Of a stretch of DNA of 64,000 nucleotides, positions 30,655-38,856 are shown one piece after another (positions within the stretch are counted from its first letter, which is position 1; each line of letters opens with the position of its first letter). The DNA comes from Candidatus Babeliales bacterium (GTDB taxonomy: Bacteria > Babelota > Babeliae > Babelales > JACPOV01). The notes under the pieces were generated by a model. The model was not told the origin of the DNA, did no database searches, and saw only the letters and a list, made by a program, of their open reading frames with translations. Made by a program: the position numbers and the translations under genes. The stretch lies in NCBI GenBank assembly GCA_050250855.1, contig JBFWNW010000001.1, forward strand, positions 256,001-320,000. The letters are read 5' to 3'.

Positions 30655-30730
30655 TCCTCGGTAGCTCAGTTGGTAGAGCACACGACTGTTAATCGTTAGG
30701 TCGCAGGTTCGAGTCCTGCCCGAGGAGCCA
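30655..30730 (+). tRNA. tRNA-Asn(GTT)
   Basis: TCCTCGG acceptor, loop CT-GTT-AA, G73, CCA. Confidence 0.96.
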
Positions 30731-30769
30731 GTTTATTCTAGCAGGCGGTCTTAATAGTATTCGATAATT

Positions 30770-30849
30770 GGGGCTGTAGCTCAGTATTTGGTTAGAGCGT
30801 TCGCCTGTCAAGCGAGAGGTCGCGAGTTCGAGTCTCGTCAGCCCCGCCA
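30770..30849 (+). tRNA. tRNA-Asp(GTC), variant copy (12-nt D-loop, A38)
   Basis: 80 nt; differs from the neighbour by a 2-nt D-loop insertion, C38A and A43G. Confidence 0.85.
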
Positions 30850-30927
30850 TCTTTTTAGATATTTTATTTACAATTTTCTCTAGCTTCTTGCAAAAACCCC
30901 TAAGTTTTGAGAAGCTTAAATCTATTA

Positions 30928-31005
30928 GGGGCTGTAGCTCAGTTTGGTTAGAGCGTTCGCCTGTCACGCGAAAGGTCGCGAGTTCGAGTCTCGTCAGCCC
31001 CGCCA
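30928..31005 (+). tRNA. tRNA-Asp(GTC)
   Basis: Loop CT-GTC-AC, G73, CCA. Confidence 0.96.
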
Positions 31006-31042
31006 GTCTCCGCTCCTTTTGGAGCTTCGGCCGGCACGGCCA
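31006..31042. repeat. Mini palindromic element (family S) abutting the tRNA-Asp CCA
   Basis: GTCTCCGCTCCTTTTGGAGCTTCGGCCGGCACGGCCA; reverse complement resembles 26305-26339. Confidence 0.65.
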
Positions 31043-31104
31043 TTTTTTTAACGGAACTATTTAAAAATAATTACTTTTTTCCAGGCAACTCTTTGATTTG
31101 TGAA

Positions 31105-33699
31105 TTAATTATCTATAAAAGCTTTTAATGCTTGCCCTGTTAAAGAATCTTTATTGTGGGCAATTTCTTGTGGCGTGCCGCTTGCAACAATGGTACCGCC
31201 AGCACTTCCGCCGCCCGGGCCAAAATCGATAATAGTATCGGCATTCATTATAGCATCTATATTATGTTCAATTACCACCACCGTATTTCCTTGAGCTACC
31301 AATTTTTTTAGAATAGTAAGTAATTTTTCTACTTCCTGAGGATGCAGGCCTGTTGTTGGTTCATCAAGCAAGTAAAGGGTATTTCCCGTTTCAGCTTTGG
31401 CTAATTCAGCCGCTAGCTTAATGCGTTGTGCTTCGCCGCCCGATAAGGTTGACGTAGATTGCCCTAAGGTAAGATACTCTAAACCTACTTGCTTCATTAC
31501 CTCTAAAAGGGCGAAAATCTTTTTTTCATGTTTAAATACCGCAAGGGCATCGCTTACTGCCATAGCTAAAACGTTTGCAATAGAATAGCCCTTGAATTGT
31601 ATTGCTAATATATCTTCATTAAATCGCGTACCGTTGCATACGGGGCATTCTTTTTGGATGTCGGGCATAAAGGTCATATCAACTTCCACGACGCCAGCGC
31701 CATTACAATTTTGGCAACGTTGATCGGAACTATTGAAAGAAAATTTTTCTGCACCAAAGCCACGATTTTTTGCTTCTGGCAAAGCGGCAAATAAATCTCT
31801 TATATGATCAAAGAGTTTTGTATACGTTGCTACGTTGGAGCGGGTTGATTTTGTACTACCTATGGCGCTTTGATCAACGGTAATTATACGATTACAATAA
31901 TCTAACCCTTCAAGCGAAGTATGTTTTCCTGGTATTTCGCGCGCATTATTAAAATGTTTTCGTGCAGCTTTGTCTACAATATCAAATAAGAAGGTTGATT
32001 TTCCTGAACCAGATACGCCGGTCATAACTACAAACTGTTTTAATGGAATGCTCACGTCGATATTTTTTAAATTATGTTCGCGTGCACCACGTACGGTTAA
32101 AGTTTCTTTTTTGCGTGGAGCATTGTTGAGCGGTAGTGTCGGCTTTTTAGCCAAATAACTGCCTGTTATGGAGTTGGCGCATGCCATAAGATCTGCAGGC
32201 GTTCCTGAAGCAATAATTTTTCCTCCCTTGCTGCCACCTTCTGGGCCGATATCTATGATGTAATCAGTATTTCTAATTACCTCTACATCATGTTCAATAA
32301 CTAAAACGGTGTTGCCTGCTTGTTGGATTTTCCTTATTGTTTTTAATAGTTTTTCTGTATCGTGAGGATGCAGCCCTGTTGTTGGTTCATCAAGAACGTA
32401 TAAAACGCCGCTTAGGCCGCTGCCAAGTAAGCTGGCTAATCGCAATCTTTGTGCTTCTCCTGCTGATAATGAAGGAACGGTTCGGTCTAAGGTTACATAA
32501 TGGAGGCCAACTTCTATTAAATTTGATGTTCGCTCTTTTAAGGCGCCTGAAACGGCAGTAAGTATAGAAGCATCTTCTTCTGGGATTATGGTATCTAAAT
32601 CATGCAGCCATTGAAGGAATTCATGTAAACTCAAACTAACCACATCATTTATCGTTTTTCCGCTTACCGTTGCATTTCTGCCAAGCGGTGCTAAGCCGGT
32701 TGCATTACAGGCCGTGCATGGTTCATGAAGAATATATTTTTTGATATCCTGTGAAACTTTCAATGGATTTTTTTGGTAAAGCGCTAATAAGGGAGGAATA
32801 ATACCTTCAAAGTTTCCTTCACTCACTTTTTTAGGTGGTTTGATAGTTTTATATTCTTTAAGAAAATCTGGATGGGTAATACCGTAGAGTAAAAAATCTT
32901 TTTGTTTTTGCGTATAATTTTTTAGTGGTAGGTTGGCATCAAAATAAAAATTATAATGCTTGCTTGCTGCCAATATGGTGTTTTGGTAATGGTGTGCAAG
33001 CGGTTTATCCCATAAATCTACGCCGCCATGCATGATGCTTTTTTCTTCATTAAGCAAACGAGTAAGATCAACCGTGATGTTTTCACCAACTCCTTTACAT
33101 GGAGTACATGCGCCAGTTGTAGTGTTAGAAGAAAAGTGGGCCATGGTTAGTTTTTCTAGTTGCTGCTTGCAATGCGGGCAATTAAAATAACTTTTTTTTC
33201 GTTTTTTCAAAGATGAACCGTTTTTCTCTTCTATCTCAATGGTTGTCAGTGCGCCTTTATCTTGCAAAGGTTGTTTGACGTTTTTAGCACATCCTGTGCA
33301 CGGTTGCTGGCCAAGAGCCGCAAACATATTTCTTAAAATAGTTAAGATGCCTGTTTTGGTACCAACCGTAGAACGAGGATTAAAATCTGCCACGCGCTGC
33401 GAAACACCAATTGAAGGAGATAGTCCTGTAATGCTTTGTACGTTTGCTTTTTCTATATGATCGGTAGTCATGCCCATAGATTCCAAATATTGCCGTATGC
33501 ATTCTTTTTGCAAAATGTCGGTAGCAATAGATGATTTACCGGAACCAGAAGGGCCTGTTAAAGCAACAAGTTTTCCTTTAGGAATTTCAAAACAAATATT
33601 TTTTAAATTATGTTCCTGTGCACCATGTACAATAATTTTATTAGGGTCATGCGTAATTGGTAAGCCGCATTGTAAGGGGCATAGAGATTTTTTTAGCAT
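31105..33699 (-). CDS. uvrA: UvrA-family ABC ATPase (short class II/DrrC-like paralog)
   Basis: GAQEHNLKNI, two Walker A motifs, LSAGEAQR/LSGGEAQR, DEPTTGLH, Zn-finger CxxC pairs; 864 aa. Confidence 0.85.
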   Translation of the reverse strand: MLKKSLCPLQCGLPITHDPNKIIVHGAQEHNLKNICFEIPKGKLVALTGPSGSGKSSIATDILQKECIRQYLESMGMTTDHIEKANVQSITGLSPSIGVSQRVADFNPRSTVGTKTGILTILRNMFAALGQQPCTGCAKNVKQPLQDKGALTTIEIEEKNGSSLKKRKKSYFNCPHCKQQLEKLTMAHFSSNTTTGACTPCKGVGENITVDLTRLLNEEKSIMHGGVDLWDKPLAHHYQNTILAASKHYNFYFDANLPLKNYTQKQKDFLLYGITHPDFLKEYKTIKPPKKVSEGNFEGIIPPLLALYQKNPLKVSQDIKKYILHEPCTACNATGLAPLGRNATVSGKTINDVVSLSLHEFLQWLHDLDTIIPEEDASILTAVSGALKERTSNLIEVGLHYVTLDRTVPSLSAGEAQRLRLASLLGSGLSGVLYVLDEPTTGLHPHDTEKLLKTIRKIQQAGNTVLVIEHDVEVIRNTDYIIDIGPEGGSKGGKIIASGTPADLMACANSITGSYLAKKPTLPLNNAPRKKETLTVRGAREHNLKNIDVSIPLKQFVVMTGVSGSGKSTFLFDIVDKAARKHFNNAREIPGKHTSLEGLDYCNRIITVDQSAIGSTKSTRSNVATYTKLFDHIRDLFAALPEAKNRGFGAEKFSFNSSDQRCQNCNGAGVVEVDMTFMPDIQKECPVCNGTRFNEDILAIQFKGYSIANVLAMAVSDALAVFKHEKKIFALLEVMKQVGLEYLTLGQSTSTLSGGEAQRIKLAAELAKAETGNTLYLLDEPTTGLHPQEVEKLLTILKKLVAQGNTVVVIEHNIDAIMNADTIIDFGPGGGSAGGTIVASGTPQEIAHNKDSLTGQALKAFIDN

Positions 33700-33724
33700 A
33701 ATAAACCTTCCATTTATATACTGT

Positions 33725-34273
33725 TTAATGTTTTACTGATGTTAAGCGTTTTAGCGCATGCTTGCACCATTCTAGCGCGCTTGATGCTTGTCTGATACCA
33801 TGATCTAAAGTAATTAATCCATATAAAGCTTCTAAAGAATCATCATCGGGAAGTTCATGTTTTATTTTTTGAAAAGAAGCTAATTTTTTTTCAAGCTCTT
33901 TTTTATAATTCTTTAAATGTTCAAGAGTAACCTTGGCAGGCACAAGCTTGCCGAAAAATAACTTCAGCAAAAGTTCATTTCTTAACTGTATTTCTTCAGG
34001 TTGTTTTACAAGCCAATTTTCAAGAGCTTTTTTGCCTGCAGCCGTTAAGGTGTAAACGTTACGTTTTCGGTCGCTTTTTGTAGGAACATCTACTTTTTTA
34101 ATGAGTTTTTGCTTTTCTAGTTCTTCTAGGACAGGATAAATTGAACTAAATGTTTCTTTCCAAAAGTACTGCGTACTTGCTTCCATATGCTTTTTAAGGT
34201 CATATCCAGAGCTCTTTTTTAAGAGCGCCAGCATTCCTAAGATAGCAAATTGGCTTTTTGCGTTTTTTGCCAT
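33725..34273 (-). CDS. PadR family transcriptional regulator
   Basis: AILGML..SGYDLKK..FW...SIYPVLEELE..RNVYTLT..G..WL; ELLLKLFF. Confidence 0.92.
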   Translation of the reverse strand: MAKNAKSQFAILGMLALLKKSSGYDLKKHMEASTQYFWKETFSSIYPVLEELEKQKLIKKVDVPTKSDRKRNVYTLTAAGKKALENWLVKQPEEIQLRNELLLKLFFGKLVPAKVTLEHLKNYKKELEKKLASFQKIKHELPDDDSLEALYGLITLDHGIRQASSALEWCKHALKRLTSVKH

Positions 34274-34289
34274 TGATTTCCTTCCTGTA

Positions 34290-34337
34290 ATATATCATCT
34301 TGATATATAGGATATATCATTTTGATATATTATGCAA
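34290..34337 (-). promoter_or_regulatory. padR-uvrA promoter with a tandem palindromic operator
   Basis: ATATATCA-N3-TGATATAT twice (34290-34308, 34312-34330) overlapping minus-strand TTGCAT-17-TATCCT. Confidence 0.8.
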
Positions 34338-34421
34338 GAGGGGGGGTGTTAGCAGGTTTAATGCTGCTTGACGAGCTTTTAGCTATAGATTATTATAGGT
34401 ATATGCTTTTTAGGGGCTTTT

Positions 34422-34985
34422 ATGAGAAAATTTCTAGTTTCACTTTTTTTTATTAGTAGCTTTGTTCAGGCAGGGCTATTTGATTTCCTTTCCATGGATA
34501 ATGCGGCTCCAAAGTTTGCAAGAACAGAGGGTTTTTGGAGTAGTCCAGCGGATGAAGCGGTGACAACATTTTTTGGCAGATTAAATGAACCAAAAAGTCA
34601 ACGCGAAAATTGGTACGCCGTTACTCCCTACGTTGCAGAATTCTGGTGCGCACTTTCTAATATCGGTTTTATCTATGTTGGCATTAAAGACAAATCGCCT
34701 GAAATGCTTTTTGCTGGCTTAGCATCTATGGCAAGCCATACAGTTCCCAAGCAGTGGTTATTGTCTTTAGATAAATTTGCCGCTCTTGTAGCACTTGCAA
34801 AAGTTGCAAGAGAATATGAACAATTTAAAAAACAACCAACTCTTTTATTGTCGATAGTTGGCTTGGGTATTATTAATGCGCATGATGTATATTTAGCGCG
34901 TCAAAAAGGCCAAACCTGGGGCCATGTGTTGTGGCATTTATCAGCAGCATGTACAGCTCATTATTTACTGAATGCCATAAAATAA
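34422..34985 (+). CDS. Alkaline ceramidase-like (CREST superfamily) membrane hydrolase
   Basis: EGFW...YAVTPYVAEFWCALSN, SMASH (SxxxH), HVLWH (HxxxH). Confidence 0.72.
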   Translation: MRKFLVSLFFISSFVQAGLFDFLSMDNAAPKFARTEGFWSSPADEAVTTFFGRLNEPKSQRENWYAVTPYVAEFWCALSNIGFIYVGIKDKSPEMLFAGLASMASHTVPKQWLLSLDKFAALVALAKVAREYEQFKKQPTLLLSIVGLGIINAHDVYLARQKGQTWGHVLWHLSAACTAHYLLNAIK

Positions 34986-35092
34986 AAATCTTAATATATT
35001 CAAAATCTAGACTTATTCTCATTAATTTACATAAAGAGTATTTTTCTTTATAATTATGAATTATTTTGAAATTTATAACGAATGGAAAAACT

Positions 35093-35725
35093 ATGAAAAA
35101 ATTAATATTCTTATTTTTTGGGATTTTTACATCTGTATATTGCTTGGAAAGCGATATAAATCGAGTGATTGAAAATAGTAACTCTTTAGCTTTTCAAAAC
35201 TATTTTAAACAACATTATTCAGTTACTGATAATATCTTTAATGATTGGACAACTAATCTTCAAACATATAAAAATGCAATTGGTGATCAAACTTCTGATG
35301 CTTATAAACTTATTCATACTATTCCAACCGGAACATTAGATTCATATAAAACGCTTGCCAAAGAACAGTGTGAGAAATTAAATAAGCCTATGCCATTGAT
35401 AGCCAAGAAGAGTTCAAATGGCTCTGAGTATATGCTTGGAGCAGGAGGACTTTTTTTGCTTATTGGATTAATTTTGAATTTTAAATCAGAGCAAGCTCCT
35501 GACCTTGGCGCTAGGTGTGCCCTCGGACTTATGTCGTTACCTATGTTTATTGCTGGATCGGTTACTACTCTTATTGGGGGATTATTCTATTTTGGCCCAG
35601 AGCAACAACCGTCAGTGCCGCAACCTGTTATTGATCAAGATAAAGTAAACCAAGCTGGCGTTATTTGTAATCTTTTGAAGACGGTTGAAAAGAACAAGAA
35701 TAGTCTAGACATCAGGATTTTATAG
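35093..35725 (+). CDS. Hypothetical exported protein with a hydrophobic hairpin
   Basis: Signal peptide MKKLIFLFFG; two Gly-rich hydrophobic segments. Confidence 0.7.
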   Translation: MKKLIFLFFGIFTSVYCLESDINRVIENSNSLAFQNYFKQHYSVTDNIFNDWTTNLQTYKNAIGDQTSDAYKLIHTIPTGTLDSYKTLAKEQCEKLNKPMPLIAKKSSNGSEYMLGAGGLFLLIGLILNFKSEQAPDLGARCALGLMSLPMFIAGSVTTLIGGLFYFGPEQQPSVPQPVIDQDKVNQAGVICNLLKTVEKNKNSLDIRIL

Positions 35726-35760
35726 ATTTTTTTACCAAAAAAAATAAATGATCAAGTTGA

Positions 35761-35805
35761 TTTAAATTTGAAAAACTCTTGATTTTTTGTACACCTGCAC
35801 TTTAG
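35761..35805 (+). repeat. 45-bp direct repeat, left copy
   Basis: TTTAAATTTGAAAAACTCTTGATTTTTTGTACACCTGCACTTTAG; 2 mismatches to 36414-36458. Confidence 0.85.
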
Positions 35806-35811
35806 ACGGAG

Positions 35812-36306
35812 TTATTTAAAATAATAGTTGATTAATAAAAGAGTCACTATAGTTAGTACTATAGAGATACACCAGGAAACTAGAGCAGTGATAACTAATG
35901 GTACAAAAACTTGCCCTATTGGCTTGCCAAAAAATTTACGAGCAAAGATACATTGAATTAAAATCTGTAATAATGCAAACAAAGTAAAAATTCCTGCTAC
36001 AGGGACAAATACAATACCAAAATCTGCTGGGATTTTTGAAAGTCTTTGGAATACAAAAAAATAAGGGGTTCCTAAGTGTATTACTAGGTTTATAAATAGT
36101 TTATGAAGAATGTTTTTGGGAATTGTTACATCTGGATAAAAAAACATTAGTCTACTTGCAACTATACAGCCAAGCGTAAGCCAGCCGGTATTGTGTTGTT
36201 TGGGAAAGTATCGTTTTAATATAAAATAATTTGCTACAAAATAACCAAGGATAGGCAGTAAGATACAGGTTGATTCAAGGGTTAAGGGAAGAAATAGTCT
36301 GATCAT
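35812..36306 (-). CDS. Hypothetical integral membrane protein
   Basis: Several hydrophobic segments; lies between direct repeats. Confidence 0.65.
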   Translation of the reverse strand: MIRLFLPLTLESTCILLPILGYFVANYFILKRYFPKQHNTGWLTLGCIVASRLMFFYPDVTIPKNILHKLFINLVIHLGTPYFFVFQRLSKIPADFGIVFVPVAGIFTLFALLQILIQCIFARKFFGKPIGQVFVPLVITALVSWCISIVLTIVTLLLINYYFK

Positions 36307-36413
36307 TGCAGCCTTTCTTTTTTAATATATTTATAAATAGTAGTTTAAACAGTGTGCTAAGATTAAAGCAATAAAAACAAAGATAAAAATAAAGGCTCGA
36401 ATGTACAGGCCTT

Positions 36414-36458
36414 TTTAAATTTGAAAAACTATTGATTTTCTGTACACCTGCACTTTAG
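36414..36458 (+). repeat. 45-bp direct repeat, right copy
   Basis: TTTAAATTTGAAAAACTATTGATTTTCTGTACACCTGCACTTTAG. Confidence 0.85.
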
Positions 36459-36504
36459 CATGAAAACCGTTGAAGTCTCTTCGTTTCATATACAAGGAGA
36501 AAGT

Positions 36505-36708
36505 ATGAAAACAAAAGATTGGTTTTTAGCGTTGGTTGAAGCCTGCGCATGGTATGGCTTTATTTATACTATTCTTTATAGCATAAAGCATGATGTGAAT
36601 TTGTATGCCAGCACGTTCGTTATTATAGTATTCATGTATGTTGCTAGCATTGCATGCCCAGTTGTAAGACATTTGCAGGCATGGAAGGATCTTTGGAAAG
36701 AAAAATAG
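36505..36708 (+). CDS. Small two-TM membrane protein
   Basis: AAGGAG SD before MKTKDW; two hydrophobic segments. Confidence 0.7.
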   Translation: MKTKDWFLALVEACAWYGFIYTILYSIKHDVNLYASTFVIIVFMYVASIACPVVRHLQAWKDLWKEK

Positions 36709-36764
36709 TATATTATTTTTCTGTTAAGTTTTTTAGGGTCTGTACTCTAAATTTGAGCTAAGCC

Positions 36765-37295
36765 ATGAAATTAAAAATTCTTTTGGTTTGTTTTTGCACA
36801 TTGCTTTTAGGTTGCGCTTCCAAAGAAGAGGATACTAAAGAAAAGGTTCAATTTCTTATAGATCTGAATGCTTCCACAAATATTATACTAACGTTAATTG
36901 AACAAAAAAGAGTAGATGAGATTTTTGATGGTGTAGAGCGGGATAAAGCTCAGTGGCTTATCAAAAATTTTTCTCCAGCGCAGATAGCATTTCACGCAGA
37001 AGCTCTAAGCTTTGATGGACCTCTTGTTGTTTTATTTTATGAAACAAAAGATTCAGATTTATTCCTTTTATTAGCATGTTTAGAAGAGAAGGCAAGAAAA
37101 TGGCATGATAGAGCACGATTTGCTATCATAGATGCACAGGAGCTTTCTAAGCTTGCTTATGAGCATGAAGTTAAGATTTTTCCAACCATAGTCCTGATTA
37201 AAAATCAGGAGGAATATGAGCGATGGGAAGGTCAAGAGCAGATGAAATGCGCGCTTGATATACTGGATGATAAGTTAGCTTATTTTGTGGTATAG
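36765..37295 (+). CDS. Thioredoxin-fold lipoprotein lacking CxxC
   Basis: Lipobox LLGC; LVVLFY...FAIIDA..LAYEHEVKIFPTIVLIKN. Confidence 0.65.
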   Translation: MKLKILLVCFCTLLLGCASKEEDTKEKVQFLIDLNASTNIILTLIEQKRVDEIFDGVERDKAQWLIKNFSPAQIAFHAEALSFDGPLVVLFYETKDSDLFLLLACLEEKARKWHDRARFAIIDAQELSKLAYEHEVKIFPTIVLIKNQEEYERWEGQEQMKCALDILDDKLAYFVV

Positions 37296-37305
37296 TAAAA
37301 ATTTT

Positions 37306-38100
37306 TTAATAATCAGCAATCTCCCAACCTGCCCCACGAATTTGCGGTTTTACTGCTTGTTCAAGAGCTTGTATAACGTTTGGACATATCTCCTTTGCTT
37401 CATAAAGATATTTAGCCCAGCCTAACAGCGAATATCCTCGTGCACTATTTTTTTTATTCCAGATATCGTAAAGTTTTGGTAATGCAAAAGTATACTGTTC
37501 TGGTTCCAGGAGTTTACTAGGATATAGTTTGGGCAGATTGAAGTTATATTTTTTTCCGCAGACTATTTCGCTATTATATACAAAATTTAGCTCTACGTCG
37601 TGCTGTTTTAATAAGCCTGTTATTAAACATGCTGCAGGAAGCTGAACTTTTGCATTATTAAAAAATTCAAAAAAAATGCATTGTTTGTAAAACCATATTT
37701 TTTCATCATGAGAAATACTATGTTTTGGTGCAATGAGCTTTATCCATGGAGGATCGAATACTTTTTCTGTTTTTTTAAAGAATGCATTTAAAGCATTCCA
37801 ATAAAGATTTGTATTCGTTGTATTCTCCAACCAGTCTTTATATTTCTGTATTACTTTTTTGTCTTGTAGCGGTATATAGGAGCTGGTGAGGTTATAGCAT
37901 GCTTTATTTATGAAGGAGATAGCTTGTACCGTTTTTATATCACCCTCTGCAAAAGCTTGGTTGAGAGCATAGTCAAAAATAATATTGGAAATTTCGGGAG
38001 GAAAAATTGGGTTTTGTTCATCTGGTTTGCTAAAACCTAAGCCTGCATGGATATAATGAGTGAGCAATACAATATGTGCCAGTAATATAGTTTTCTTCAT
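37306..38100 (-). CDS. Exported protein with an F-box-like motif
   Basis: Signal peptide; FPPEISNIIFDYAL...ISFINKACYNL. Confidence 0.6.
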   Translation of the reverse strand: MKKTILLAHIVLLTHYIHAGLGFSKPDEQNPIFPPEISNIIFDYALNQAFAEGDIKTVQAISFINKACYNLTSSYIPLQDKKVIQKYKDWLENTTNTNLYWNALNAFFKKTEKVFDPPWIKLIAPKHSISHDEKIWFYKQCIFFEFFNNAKVQLPAACLITGLLKQHDVELNFVYNSEIVCGKKYNFNLPKLYPSKLLEPEQYTFALPKLYDIWNKKNSARGYSLLGWAKYLYEAKEICPNVIQALEQAVKPQIRGAGWEIADY

Positions 38101-38138
38101 ACTAATCTCCCTTTTTAAAAAACTATACTACGTTTGTT

Positions 38139-38705
38139 TTATTTTTCCCAAGGGAATACAATCCAATTTGTCGTTTCTTCTATATAATAATCAGGTTTTA
38201 TACATGATGTTGGTTTATAATAGAGCGTTGCGATTTTAATAGTTGTTTTTGGCAAGCTATCTTTTAATGCTTCGATAAGGAATTTCATAGTTTCTCCAGT
38301 ATCTACTAGATCATCAACAATCAAAATATTTTTTGAATTCTCGAAATCTTCTGTGTGTATAGGGTATTTTAGTTTAAGAGTTTTGCGCGTTTGGCCTTCA
38401 TAAGATTCTATGTTGATAGTGCGTGTATTGCGATTATCAAACATTTTTTCACCGGCAAGAAGACCAAGGGGAACTAAGCCGCCGCGCGCGATGCCGATCA
38501 GAAGTTCGGGAGCAAAGCCGCTATTTTGTACTTTTTGATGAATTTGAGTGCACATGGTTTGAACCATGTCATCTGTGATATAGGTTTTTTGTATACTAGG
38601 TTTCATTTCTTGAGACATTCTTCTTGCTGCATAACCAGTTGGATCCATACTCATGCAATGTGCAGCAGTTGATAAGAGTATAGTAAAAACGGTAGTATTC
38701 TTCAT
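38139..38705 (-). CDS. Purine phosphoribosyltransferase (Gpt-like) with signal-like N-terminus
   Basis: GIARGGLVP, LIVDDLVDTGET, WIVFPWE. Confidence 0.85.
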   Translation of the reverse strand: MKNTTVFTILLSTAAHCMSMDPTGYAARRMSQEMKPSIQKTYITDDMVQTMCTQIHQKVQNSGFAPELLIGIARGGLVPLGLLAGEKMFDNRNTRTINIESYEGQTRKTLKLKYPIHTEDFENSKNILIVDDLVDTGETMKFLIEALKDSLPKTTIKIATLYYKPTSCIKPDYYIEETTNWIVFPWEK

Positions 38706-38856
38706 AGAGACTCCTTAAAATTATGGTAAAAAAATATTAAATTGCGTAGTAGTTTATCTGTTTTTGACCATAAAGCAAGGAAAAAGGTAATTGTTATTTT
38801 TGGTTAATAACGTATTCTTGAGTAATAATTAATTTCAAAACGTTTTATGGCAAAGG

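Noticed and set aside
30770..30849. Variant tRNA read as a TCA (Sec or UGA-suppressor) anticodon
   Set aside because: The 5-bp stem fixes a 7-nt loop with GTC at 34-36, there is no long variable arm, and TGA is used as a stop in this window
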